NCBI GenBank assembly: GCA_902571865.1
Contig: CACGDO010000005.1
Location: forward strand, 1,486 to 65,485
Direction: 5' to 3'
Length of the DNA stretch: 64,000 nt
Source: an uncultured Alphaproteobacteria bacterium
GTDB taxonomy: Bacteria; Pseudomonadota; Alphaproteobacteria; HIMB59; GCA-002718135
This document shows, one piece after another, positions 35,596-44,901 of the stretch; position 1 is the stretch's first letter; the number at the start of each line of letters is the position of its first letter. A program made the translations under genes and the position numbers. The notes below the pieces were generated by a model, which saw only the letters and a program-made list of their open reading frames with translations, was not told the origin of the DNA and did not search any database.

Positions 35596-36237
35596 TTTGT
35601 TTAAAAAAATTTTTTTAAAACCTTCATCAAATTCTTTTTGATCTATTTTAATACCTAACTCATTCAATGAAGTATTTGCATACTCTTTTAATCCACATGA
35701 ATGAATAGAATTATAATATTTTAAATCAGGATTAATATTAAAACTCATTCCATGATAAGTAATCCATTTTTTAACTCTAAGACCAATAGCACTAATTTTT
35801 TTTTCTTTATCAAATGTCATTTTATTATTCTTAATTACCCAAATACCGACTCTATCTTTAAATGCTCTTGCTTCAACATTGTAGCTCTTTAAAAAATCAA
35901 TTACAGAATTTTCAATTACAGAAATAAACTTTCTTATATCCTTTTTTTTATTATTTAAGTTTAACATAAAATAAACAATTCTTTGGCCTGGTCCATGATA
36001 AGTCGTTTTTCCACCACGATTTGTCTTTAATACTTCTATAACATCTGAATTTAATATTTCATCATCTGAAGCACTTGTGCCTTGAGTAAATATATGATTA
36101 TGACTAAGAAACCATAGTAATTCTTTTGAATGATTTTCACTTATATCTCTTACCTTAGACTCCATAAATAAAACAGCCTCCTTATAATTTATTTCTTCAT
36201 TAGATATTTTAATTTCAATCTGATTCATGTCATTCAT
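35581..36237 (-). CDS. lipB: Octanoyltransferase
   Basis: RGGKTTYHGPGQ, KISAIG, YHG, CG motifs. Confidence 0.95.
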   Translation of the reverse strand: MNDMNQIEIKISNEEINYKEAVLFMESKVRDISENHSKELLWFLSHNHIFTQGTSASDDEILNSDVIEVLKTNRGGKTTYHGPGQRIVYFMLNLNNKKKDIRKFISVIENSVIDFLKSYNVEARAFKDRVGIWVIKNNKMTFDKEKKISAIGLRVKKWITYHGMSFNINPDLKYYNSIHSCGLKEYANTSLNELGIKIDQKEFDEGFKKIFLNKLKTI

Positions 36238-36288
36238 ATACTTTATTGATAGTTAATATCCTATCTGATATTTAATTCTAGTATATAT

Positions 36289-36375
36289 GCGGCTGTGGCG
36301 GAATTGGTATACGCGCAGCGTTGAGGTCGCTGTGGGATTTATCCTGTGGAAGTTCAAGTCTTCTCAGCCGCACCA
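36289..36375 (+). tRNA. tRNA-Leu(GAG)
   Basis: GCGGCTG/CAGCCGC acceptor, CAGCG-TTGAGGT-CGCTG anticodon arm, long variable arm, CCA end. Confidence 0.96.
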
Positions 36376-36381
36376 ATTAAT

Positions 36382-37749
36382 ATGGAAGAAATTATAATTA
36401 AAAAAGATGATGACAATTCTAATGAATCAATTCGATTAGTAACTGATTATCTAGAAAATTATAAATATGATAAAATTTTATCTTTTTTAAAAGACTTTCA
36501 TAATGCAGACATAGCAGAAATTCTTCAAAATTTAGATCCAGTTTTAAGATTAAGTCTTCTAAATATAATGGATAAAAATTTTGATCCTGAAATCTTAACT
36601 TATTTGAATGATACTCTTAGAGAAGAAATAATTGAAACTTTAGATATAAAACAGTTAGCTAATAACGCAAAAAGTTTAGACATAGATGATGCCGTAGATT
36701 TAGCTGAAGATTTAGAAGAAAAAAATCAAAATATTTTTTTAGAAAACTTAGACAAAGAAGAAAGAACTTTAGTTAAAGAAGGTTTAAATTACCCTGAAGA
36801 TTCTGCTGGAAGATTAATGCAAAGAGAATTTGTTGCTATTGATCAATCATGGAATGTTGGTCAAGCAATTGATTATTTGAGAAATAATAAAGGAAATTTA
36901 CCTGAAGATTTCTACGATATTTATTTAATTAATCAAACCAAAGAAGCAAAAGGGATAGTTCCATTAGGAAGATTAATGGGCTCAAAAAGAGAAATAAAAT
37001 TAAATTCAATATCAAATAAAGAGTTACGGTTAATTGATGTGAATGCTGATCAAGAAGATGTAGCTTTATTATTTAATAAATATGGATTGGTTAGCGCCCC
37101 TGTTATTGATACCCAAAAAAAAATTATTGGATCTATTACAGTTGATGATGTTGTTGAAGTCATTGAAGAAGAAAGAGAAGAAGATATTTTAAAACTTGGA
37201 GGCGTAGATCATACAGATTTATACGAGTCAGTTATTGGCACAACAAAATCTAGAATTTCATGGTTAATTGTTAATTTAATGACAGCAGTCGTAGCTTCCA
37301 TAGTAATAGGTTTGTTTGAAGCAGCAATCGAAAAAGTAGTGGCCTTAGCTATTTTAATGCCAATTGTAGCTTCTATGGGTGCCAATGCTGGCACTCAAAC
37401 TTTAACTGTGGCAGTGCGAGCTATTGCAGTGAAAGAATTAACAACTAGTAACGCGTTAAAAATAATAATCAAAGAAACTCTAATTGGTGGTATAAATGGT
37501 ATCATATTCGCTATTATAATATCTTTGATTTCTATTTATTGGTTTGATAATTTGCTATTAGGCTTGATAATAGGTCTTGCTATGATACTGAACTTACTAA
37601 TTGCTGGTTTTTCAGGAATTGTAATTCCACTAGTTTTAGATAAGCTGAAAATTGATCCTGCTTTAGCATCAGCAGTAATTTTGACTACAATAACAGATGT
37701 ATTTGGTTTTCTATCTTTTCTTGGATTAGCAACTTTATTTTTAATATGA
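36382..37749 (+). CDS. mgtE: Magnesium transporter MgtE
   Basis: HNADIAE N-domain, YPEDSAGRLM, CBS pair, MGANAGTQ, TTITDVFG. The track start at 36346 lies inside the tRNA, so ATG 36382 is used. Confidence 0.95.
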   Translation: MEEIIIKKDDDNSNESIRLVTDYLENYKYDKILSFLKDFHNADIAEILQNLDPVLRLSLLNIMDKNFDPEILTYLNDTLREEIIETLDIKQLANNAKSLDIDDAVDLAEDLEEKNQNIFLENLDKEERTLVKEGLNYPEDSAGRLMQREFVAIDQSWNVGQAIDYLRNNKGNLPEDFYDIYLINQTKEAKGIVPLGRLMGSKREIKLNSISNKELRLIDVNADQEDVALLFNKYGLVSAPVIDTQKKIIGSITVDDVVEVIEEEREEDILKLGGVDHTDLYESVIGTTKSRISWLIVNLMTAVVASIVIGLFEAAIEKVVALAILMPIVASMGANAGTQTLTVAVRAIAVKELTTSNALKIIIKETLIGGINGIIFAIIISLISIYWFDNLLLGLIIGLAMILNLLIAGFSGIVIPLVLDKLKIDPALASAVILTTITDVFGFLSFLGLATLFLI

Positions 37750-37773
37750 TTTGGCCTATTTAGATAAAAAGCA

Positions 37774-39114
37774 ATGCTAGAAAAAAATGATCTAATAGAT
37801 TACTTTTATAAAGGAATTAAAGATAAAAATGATATGCGCATAGGCGTAGAACATGAGAAATTTGTTCTAAAAAAAGACAGTTTACACCAATTATCTTATG
37901 AAGAGTCAAACGGTATAAAAGATATTCTTTTAAAATTTGTAAAAAAGGGATGGAAACCAAAGTATGATGATAAAAATACTACTATAATTGCTCTAGAAAG
38001 ATTTGGTGAAAGTATAACTTTAGAACCAGGTGGTCAGATCGAATTATCTGGAGCTCAATTAAAAAATATTCATCAAACCTGCACAGAAACAAATAGACAT
38101 TTAAAAGAGTTAAAAGAAATTGGTGAAGAATTTAATTTTATATTATTGGGCTTAGGCGTGGAACCCAGTTTATCCATAGATGAATTACCTTGGATACCAA
38201 AACAAAGATACTCCATAATGAAAAAATATATGCACAAAGTAGGTACTTTAGGACATCATATGATGAAACGTACTTGTACAAACCAAGTAAATTTGGATTA
38301 TCATTCTGAAGCAGATATGATTGCTAAGTATAGATTAATGTTGAATCTTGAAGGAATTGCAACTGCAATATTTGCTAACTCACCATTTGATCAAAAAAAA
38401 GTTTCTAAATATAAGAGTTTAAGATCTCATTTTTGGCATCACACAGATAAAGATAGAACAGGTTTATTACCATTTGTTTTTGATAAAGATTTTAATTTTG
38501 AAAAATATGCTGAGTATGCTCTTGATGTGCCAATGTATTTTGTAATTAGAAATCATAAATATATAAATATGACCAATTATACTTTTAGAGATTTTATGAA
38601 TAATAAAATCTCTAAAGATTTGCACATTGAAACCACCATTGAAGATTGGATAAATCATTTATCAACTTTATTTCCTCAAGTTAGATTAAAGCAATTCTTA
38701 GAAATTCGTTCCATGGATGCATGTTCATGGGATTTAATATGTTCTCAACCTGCTTTTTGGACTGGTATTTTATATAATGATGAAGCTATTGATAAAACGA
38801 ATGAAATTGTCGAGGGTTGGACTCAAAATGATAGGAATTTAATAAATAATTTAGCCCCACTAGAGGGGTTACAAACAAAATTTAAAAATGGTGATCTGTT
38901 AGACGTTGCACAAAAATTGTTCGAAATTTCAAAATCAGGTTTAGAGAAAAGAAATGTTCTAGTAAAAAATGAAAAATATAATGAAACATTTTATCTAAAA
39001 GATTTAGAGCAAAATCTATCGAATGGTCATTCACCAGCTGATTTATTAATCAGTAAATATAATGGTGAATGGAAGCAAAATATTGAAATAATATATGAAG
39101 AAGAGATTTTCTAA
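37774..39114 (+). CDS. gshA: Glutamate-cysteine ligase (GCS2, plant/alphaproteobacterial type)
   Basis: IGVEHEKF, TLEPGGQIELSG, FANSPF, TLFPQVRLK..LEIR; coupled to gshB. Confidence 0.93.
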   Translation: MLEKNDLIDYFYKGIKDKNDMRIGVEHEKFVLKKDSLHQLSYEESNGIKDILLKFVKKGWKPKYDDKNTTIIALERFGESITLEPGGQIELSGAQLKNIHQTCTETNRHLKELKEIGEEFNFILLGLGVEPSLSIDELPWIPKQRYSIMKKYMHKVGTLGHHMMKRTCTNQVNLDYHSEADMIAKYRLMLNLEGIATAIFANSPFDQKKVSKYKSLRSHFWHHTDKDRTGLLPFVFDKDFNFEKYAEYALDVPMYFVIRNHKYINMTNYTFRDFMNNKISKDLHIETTIEDWINHLSTLFPQVRLKQFLEIRSMDACSWDLICSQPAFWTGILYNDEAIDKTNEIVEGWTQNDRNLINNLAPLEGLQTKFKNGDLLDVAQKLFEISKSGLEKRNVLVKNEKYNETFYLKDLEQNLSNGHSPADLLISKYNGEWKQNIEIIYEEEIF

Positions 39115-40052
39115 TGAAAAAAAGTATAGCAATCCAGATGGATAATATTGAAAAAATTGATTATGAATTCGATACATCTTTTTTAATTGGTTATGAGGCA
39201 CAGGAAAGATCTTATGATATTTTTTATTACAATCCAAAAAATTTATTTATAAAAGAAAATACTATTCAAGCATCTGGATATTATTTAGAGTTATTACTTG
39301 ATGAAAAAAATTATTTCAATTTTAAATCTAATAAAATAATTGCCAAATTAGAAGATTTTCAATTTGTTTTTTTAAGACAAGACCCTCCTTTTGATATGAA
39401 TTATATCACATCGACTTATATTTTAGATTTACTTCCCTCCTCAACAATTGTTGTAAATAATCCAACGGCAGTTAGAAACTCTACTGAAAAGTTATTTACA
39501 TTTAATTTTAAAGAATTCATGCCACCTACTTTGGTAACAAAAGATTTAAAAATTATTGAAGATTTTTTAAATAGAGAAGAAGATATCATAACCAAACCAC
39601 TTTATGGTAATGGTGGAGAGGGTATACATAGATTTAATAAAAGTAATTTCAATTCTAAAATATTAGAAGAATATTTACATTTACCTATAATGGTCCAAAA
39701 ATTTATCAATGAGATAGAGCATGGTGACAGGAGAATCATTTTTTTCGATGGTGAATATTTTGGTTCAGTTGCTAGAATACCCCAAGAAGGTAATGTAAAG
39801 GCAAATTTTCATGCGGGCGGTGTAGCAAGCAAAACGGATCTTGTTTATAGAGATGAAGAAATTATTAAGACATTGGGGCCAAAACTCAAAGAACACAATC
39901 TTTTTTTTGTTGGAATTGATATAATTGGAAATTATCTAACAGAAATAAACGTAACTTCACCTACAGGATTGAAGCAAATTAATGCATTAAATAATGTAAA
40001 TTTAGAAAAAGATTTTTGGGATAAGCTTGAAGCAAAATATAAATTAGTTTAA
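39114..40052 (+). CDS. gshB: Glutathione synthetase
   Basis: QMD..E, RQDPPFDM.Y, KPLYGNGG, EINVTSPTG. Confidence 0.96.
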   Translation: MKKSIAIQMDNIEKIDYEFDTSFLIGYEAQERSYDIFYYNPKNLFIKENTIQASGYYLELLLDEKNYFNFKSNKIIAKLEDFQFVFLRQDPPFDMNYITSTYILDLLPSSTIVVNNPTAVRNSTEKLFTFNFKEFMPPTLVTKDLKIIEDFLNREEDIITKPLYGNGGEGIHRFNKSNFNSKILEEYLHLPIMVQKFINEIEHGDRRIIFFDGEYFGSVARIPQEGNVKANFHAGGVASKTDLVYRDEEIIKTLGPKLKEHNLFFVGIDIIGNYLTEINVTSPTGLKQINALNNVNLEKDFWDKLEAKYKLV

Positions 40053-40075
40053 TTACAATAATTAAAGGAAAACAT

Positions 40076-40642
40076 ATGCACGAAGATAGAATTTTAATTA
40101 ACAAATTAAAAAATTTTGAAAATATTAATTCAAATTTTCTTATAATAACATTGATGTTATTTGGTTCAATTTTACTAGCGATTTCTGCCAAAGTTCAAGT
40201 TCCATTTTGGCCAGTGCCAATGACAATGCAGACGTTTGTGATATTCTTAATAGGAATGACATATAGTGTCAGGTTATCTTTTGCCACAGTTGCATTTTAC
40301 ATTTTTCAAGGAGCTATAGGACTTCCCGTGTTTGCAGCTGGTGGTGGAATTGCTTATTTAGTTGGTCCAACTGCAGGATACCTTTATGGAATGTTATTTG
40401 CATCTATTTTTATAAGTTATTTAGCAAATTTAGGTTTTAGCAAAACATATTTTAAAGCTACATTATCTCTGTTAACTGGTTCTACTATTATATTTTTATT
40501 TGGCATCATCTATCTTGGTTATATTATTGGTTTCGAAAAAGCAGTAGCTGCTGGTCTTTTACCATTTATTCCAAGTGAATTATTTAAAATTGCATTAGCA
40601 GTTGCTTTGATACCAACTTTACACAAAATTATTACAAAATAG
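40076..40642 (+). CDS. bioY: Biotin transporter BioY
   Basis: PVPMTMQTF, GLPVFAAG, GPTAGYL. Confidence 0.92.
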   Translation: MHEDRILINKLKNFENINSNFLIITLMLFGSILLAISAKVQVPFWPVPMTMQTFVIFLIGMTYSVRLSFATVAFYIFQGAIGLPVFAAGGGIAYLVGPTAGYLYGMLFASIFISYLANLGFSKTYFKATLSLLTGSTIIFLFGIIYLGYIIGFEKAVAAGLLPFIPSELFKIALAVALIPTLHKIITK

Positions 40643-40648
40643 TAATTA

Positions 40649-41539
40649 ATGAAAATTGGTATTGATGTAGGTGGTACCAAAACTGAGGGTATTCTTTTAG
40701 ATCCAAATGGAATTGAAATAGATAGAAAAAGAATTAATACTGAAAAAAGTTATGATGGAACAATTAAGGGAATACTGTCCATTATAAAACATTTTGAAGA
40801 TAAACACGGCAAAGCAGAAACTGTTGGTATGGGAATGCCAGGAGCCATATCAAATGATACAGCTTTAATTAAAAATGCCAATTCTATATGGTTAAACGGC
40901 AAACCTTTTAAGCAAGATTTAGATAAAATTCTAAATAGAAATGTGAATTTGGAAAATGATGCTAATTGTTTTACTCTTTCTGAAGCAGTAGATGGAGCTG
41001 GTAAAGGGTTTGAAGTTGTTTTCGGTGTTATTATAGGAACTGGTGTAGGCGGTGGTATCAGTATCAATCAAAAAGTTATAAGAGGTCGTAATAGCATAAG
41101 TGGAGAATGGGGACATATAGTTTTGCCTAGCAGAACAGAAGATGAAAAAAAATATGTTAAAAAATGTTATTGTGGAAAAGATGGGTGCTTAGAAACCTAT
41201 ATATCTGGACCAGGGTTTTCATCTGTTTATAATTTACGTTTCAATAAAAATTATAATTCACATCAAATATTAGATGGTTATAATAATAAAGAAAAAGATA
41301 GTATCTTTGCACTAAATCAATATGTCGATCATTTAGCAAGAGGATTGTCTTTAGTTTGTAATATTCTTGATCCAGATGTGATAGTTTTGGGTGGAGGTAT
41401 GTCAAACATCGATTTTATTTATGAAAATATAAATGATGCTCTAAAAAAATATGTTTTTACAGATACGCTTCACACAAAAGTTGTAAAAAATATTCATGGT
41501 GATTCAAGTGGCGTAAGAGGAGCTGCTTGGCTTTCTTAA
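40649..41539 (+). CDS. ROK-family sugar kinase (fructokinase Mak-like)
   Basis: GIDVGGTK, ENDANCF, GTGVGGG, GEWGH, CYCGKDGCLE zinc motif. Confidence 0.9.
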   Translation: MKIGIDVGGTKTEGILLDPNGIEIDRKRINTEKSYDGTIKGILSIIKHFEDKHGKAETVGMGMPGAISNDTALIKNANSIWLNGKPFKQDLDKILNRNVNLENDANCFTLSEAVDGAGKGFEVVFGVIIGTGVGGGISINQKVIRGRNSISGEWGHIVLPSRTEDEKKYVKKCYCGKDGCLETYISGPGFSSVYNLRFNKNYNSHQILDGYNNKEKDSIFALNQYVDHLARGLSLVCNILDPDVIVLGGGMSNIDFIYENINDALKKYVFTDTLHTKVVKNIHGDSSGVRGAAWLS

Positions 41540-42987
41540 ATACCACCCATTGAAATATATTTTATAGTTAAATAGTCATCAAGGCCATAACGAGAACCTT
41601 CTCTTCCCATTCCTGATTCTTTTACACCTCCAAAAGGCACTTCTGCAATTGTTGGTAGTCCATTATTGATAGATACAATCCCATATTCAAGTGCTTCAGC
41701 TACTCTCCAAATTCTTCCTATGTCTCTTGAATAGAAATATGAAGCTAATCCATATGGTGTATCATTAGCCATTTTAATCACCTCATCATCACTAGAAAAT
41801 TTATAAAGAGGTGCAACAGGTCCAAATGTTTCTTCAAAAGTTATTTTTGCCTTTGTAGATACATTTGAGAGAACAGTTGGTTGATAGAAATTACCACCAA
41901 GCGAATGCACATCTCCACCAATTGCTATTTTAGCTCCGGTATTTACTGCATCTTGAACATGATCAATTACTTTTTCTAAAGAGGATTGATCAATTAAAGG
42001 ACCAGATACAATTCCATCTTCAAGTCCATTACCCACTGTTATTTTACTGACTTCATTTGTAAATTTTTCTAGGAATTCATCATAAATATTTTCATGGACA
42101 AAAATTCTATTTGAACAAATACATGTTTGACCACTATTTCTAAATTTACTTTGAAGTGCGCCTGCAACAGCTTCATCCATATCTGCATCATCGAAAACAA
42201 TAAAGGGTGCATGACCACCAAGTTCCATAGAAACTTTTTTTACTGTTGAGGCACTTTGCTCTAAAAGTATTTTTCCAACCTCCGTAGATCCTGTAAAAGA
42301 AATTTTTCTTACAATTGGGTTACTTGTTAGCTCTTTACCAATCTCACTTGCCGATCCAGTGATTACATTAAATACACCATCTGGAAAACCAGCTTCTTTA
42401 GCAAGCACTGCTACAGCTAGTGCTGAATAGGGTGTTTGGCTTGCTGGTTTAACAACAGTAGTACAACCAACAGCTAGAGCGGCTGCACATTTTCTTGTGA
42501 TCATTGAATTTGGAAAATTCCATGGAGTTATTGCTCCCACAACACCAACAGGTTGTTTAATTATTACAATTCTTTTTCCAGGTCTTGGATCAGGAACTAT
42601 ATCACCATACACTCTTTTTGCTTCTTCAGCATAGAACTCAATGTAAGAAGCACCCATTAGTATTTCACCCTTTGCTTCAGCTAGAGGTTTACCTTGCTCA
42701 ATAGTCATTATTTTAGCTAAATCATCTGCATTTTCTGTAATTAACTCACCCCATTTTTTAAGAATAACTGATCTTTCTTTCGCAGTAGTTTCTTTCCAGG
42801 TTTGGAAAGCAGTATTGGCATCATCTACAGCTTTTTTAGTTTCTGAAATTGAGCATTTTGGGACGTTGCCAATAATTTCAAGAGAGGCTGGATTATTTAC
42901 CTCAAGAGTTTCACCTGAAGAACTGTTAACCCATTCCCCATTTATAAAACATTTTTGTTTAAAGAGTGATTTGTTATTTAATTCCAT
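41536..42987 (-). CDS. gabD: NAD(P)-dependent succinate-semialdehyde dehydrogenase family (GabD/Ssd-like)
   Basis: ITPWNFP, FTGSTEVGK, ELGG, GQTCIC, EETFGP, PFGGVKESGMGREG. Confidence 0.85.
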   Translation of the reverse strand: MELNNKSLFKQKCFINGEWVNSSSGETLEVNNPASLEIIGNVPKCSISETKKAVDDANTAFQTWKETTAKERSVILKKWGELITENADDLAKIMTIEQGKPLAEAKGEILMGASYIEFYAEEAKRVYGDIVPDPRPGKRIVIIKQPVGVVGAITPWNFPNSMITRKCAAALAVGCTTVVKPASQTPYSALAVAVLAKEAGFPDGVFNVITGSASEIGKELTSNPIVRKISFTGSTEVGKILLEQSASTVKKVSMELGGHAPFIVFDDADMDEAVAGALQSKFRNSGQTCICSNRIFVHENIYDEFLEKFTNEVSKITVGNGLEDGIVSGPLIDQSSLEKVIDHVQDAVNTGAKIAIGGDVHSLGGNFYQPTVLSNVSTKAKITFEETFGPVAPLYKFSSDDEVIKMANDTPYGLASYFYSRDIGRIWRVAEALEYGIVSINNGLPTIAEVPFGGVKESGMGREGSRYGLDDYLTIKYISMGGI

Positions 42988-42995
42988 ATGTTTTA

Positions 42996-43003
42996 ATTAT
43001 AAT
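42996..43003. promoter_or_regulatory. Palindromic ATTATAAT giving a consensus -10 (TATAAT) on both strands: candidate bidirectional promoter
   Basis: Sits in the 43-nt gap between the divergent gabD and amidinotransferase starts. Confidence 0.5.
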
Positions 43004-43030
43004 GCATAGTTTTAAATTAAGGAAAATATA

Positions 43031-44134
43031 ATGACAATAGTTAATTCTTGGAATGAATGGGATCCATTAAGACATGTTATAGTTGGAGCAGTTGAAAATG
43101 CCAACATACCTCCAATGGAACCGGCGCTTGAACCAAAAATAAGTAAAGATAGTGGTATGGCAGGATCTCACGGACCACGTTCACAGGAGTCAATTGATAA
43201 AGCAAATATACAATTAGAAAACTTTGTTAAAATATTAAATTCCCTAAATATAAAAGTTGATAGACCAACACCTATTGACTTTTCTCAGATTATCAAGACA
43301 CCCGATTGGTCTAATGATGGTATGTTTGGTTGTATGCCTCCAAGAGATGTTATTCTTACTGTAGGAAATGAAATGCTAGAGGCGCCAATGTCTTACAGAT
43401 GTAGATGGTTTGAGTACCTTGCTTATAGGCCACTACTTGAAAAATATTATTCAGAAGATAAAAATATGAGATGGGAGTCGGCACCTAAACCAAGATTAAC
43501 AAATCAATCTTATAAGTCTAATTATCTTCCTAAAGGTATAACGGAAGAAGAACGATATAAAAAAATCGAAAATAGAGACATGATATTGACTGAAAAAGAA
43601 CCACTTTTTGATGCAGCAGAAATTTTACGTTTTGGAAAAGATCTTTTTTATCATAACAATTTTACATCAAATTTAAGTGGTTTAGATTGGTTAAGAAGGC
43701 ATTATCCAAATCATCGTGTTCATCAAATTAATTTACCAGGTGATTTAATTCCAACTCACATTGATGCATGTTTTACTCCCATTAAACCAGGAGTTATAAT
43801 TATTAATCCGAATAGAAAAATATCATCAGAGCAAAGAAAAATTTTTGATGATAATAAATGGGAAATTCATGAAGCAGCACCTTCTATTCATAATAGTCCA
43901 CCACCTATGTGTTATTCATCAATCTGGTTGTCAATGAATGTTTTGATAATTGATCCTAAAACTATATGTGTCGAAGCAACAGAAGAAAAAATGATTAAAC
44001 AAATGGAAAGTTTTGGATTGGATGTTATTCCTGTTCCTTTTAGAGACGTTTATGCATTTGGGGGTAGTCTACATTGTGCCACAACTGATGTTCATAGAGA
44101 GGGTGAGTGTGAGGATTATTTTCCAAGTCAATAA
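43031..44134 (+). CDS. Amidinotransferase (pentein superfamily, AGAT/StrB1/SxtG-like)
   Basis: VNSWNEWDPL, PRD, FDAA (catalytic Asp), HID (His), GGSLHCAT (Cys nucleophile). Confidence 0.92.
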   Translation: MTIVNSWNEWDPLRHVIVGAVENANIPPMEPALEPKISKDSGMAGSHGPRSQESIDKANIQLENFVKILNSLNIKVDRPTPIDFSQIIKTPDWSNDGMFGCMPPRDVILTVGNEMLEAPMSYRCRWFEYLAYRPLLEKYYSEDKNMRWESAPKPRLTNQSYKSNYLPKGITEEERYKKIENRDMILTEKEPLFDAAEILRFGKDLFYHNNFTSNLSGLDWLRRHYPNHRVHQINLPGDLIPTHIDACFTPIKPGVIIINPNRKISSEQRKIFDDNKWEIHEAAPSIHNSPPPMCYSSIWLSMNVLIIDPKTICVEATEEKMIKQMESFGLDVIPVPFRDVYAFGGSLHCATTDVHREGECEDYFPSQ

Positions 44135-44889
44135 TGAATAGTTTTAATCAAAATAATTTTAAAGCCAATTTAAATGACACAAACTTTTCTAGAATTGGTA
44201 TAATTACACTATCAACGGATTTTACCATAGAGCAGGATTTTAGAAAAATTTGCCATAATTTACCAGTTGATCTATTTTTTAATAGGATACCTTTTTTAAA
44301 TCCTCTAACTCATGAAAATTATATGAGAATGGCTGATCATCTTACAGAAACAACAAACCAAATACTACCCAATGAAAAAATACAAGTTGTAGCGTATGGA
44401 TGTACTTCGGGTACTATTGAAATTGGTGAAAAAAGAATAAGATCTGAAATTTTCAAGGCTAAACCTGATGCTTTAATTACTACACCTATTACAGCAGCTG
44501 TCAAAGCACTTAAATTGTTAAACCATAAAAAAATTGCTGTCCTTACTCCTTATCCAAAAGATGTTAATGTTAAAGTTTACAAATATTTAATTGAAAGTGG
44601 ATTTGAAATTAAATCATTTAGTTCATTTAATTTAAATTATGATTCGGAAATTGCCAAAGTTACTCATGATAGTTTAATGCGAACAATTTCTTCAATTAAT
44701 TTAATAGATGTTGATAGTATTTTTGTATCTTGTACTGCATTAAAAGTAATTGATATTATCGAAACATTAGAGTCAAAATTAAGCACAGATATCATTTCAA
44801 GTAATCAAGCTATTATTTGGGATTCATTAAGATTATCTAATATTAATCAAAAAATTGATGGTTTTGGTAACCTATTTAAATTACATTAA
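44134..44889 (+). CDS. eutA: EutA-like Asp/Glu racemase-maleate isomerase family protein
   Basis: RIGIITLSTD, paired catalytic cysteines YGCTSG and VSCTAL, SSNQA; precedes eutB/eutC-like genes. Confidence 0.72.
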   Translation: MNSFNQNNFKANLNDTNFSRIGIITLSTDFTIEQDFRKICHNLPVDLFFNRIPFLNPLTHENYMRMADHLTETTNQILPNEKIQVVAYGCTSGTIEIGEKRIRSEIFKAKPDALITTPITAAVKALKLLNHKKIAVLTPYPKDVNVKVYKYLIESGFEIKSFSSFNLNYDSEIAKVTHDSLMRTISSINLIDVDSIFVSCTALKVIDIIETLESKLSTDIISSNQAIIWDSLRLSNINQKIDGFGNLFKLH

Positions 44890-44901
44890 ATAGGGTTTAA
44901 A

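Noticed and set aside
36346-36381. N-terminal extension of MgtE given in the ORF track
   Set aside because: It is read-through of the tRNA-Leu T arm and acceptor stem.
43031-44134. Saxitoxin/cylindrospermopsin-like toxin biosynthesis suggested by the amidinotransferase
   Set aside because: No PKS, NRPS, ATP-grasp or tailoring genes; neighbours are hydrolases, lyases, oxidases and an importer.
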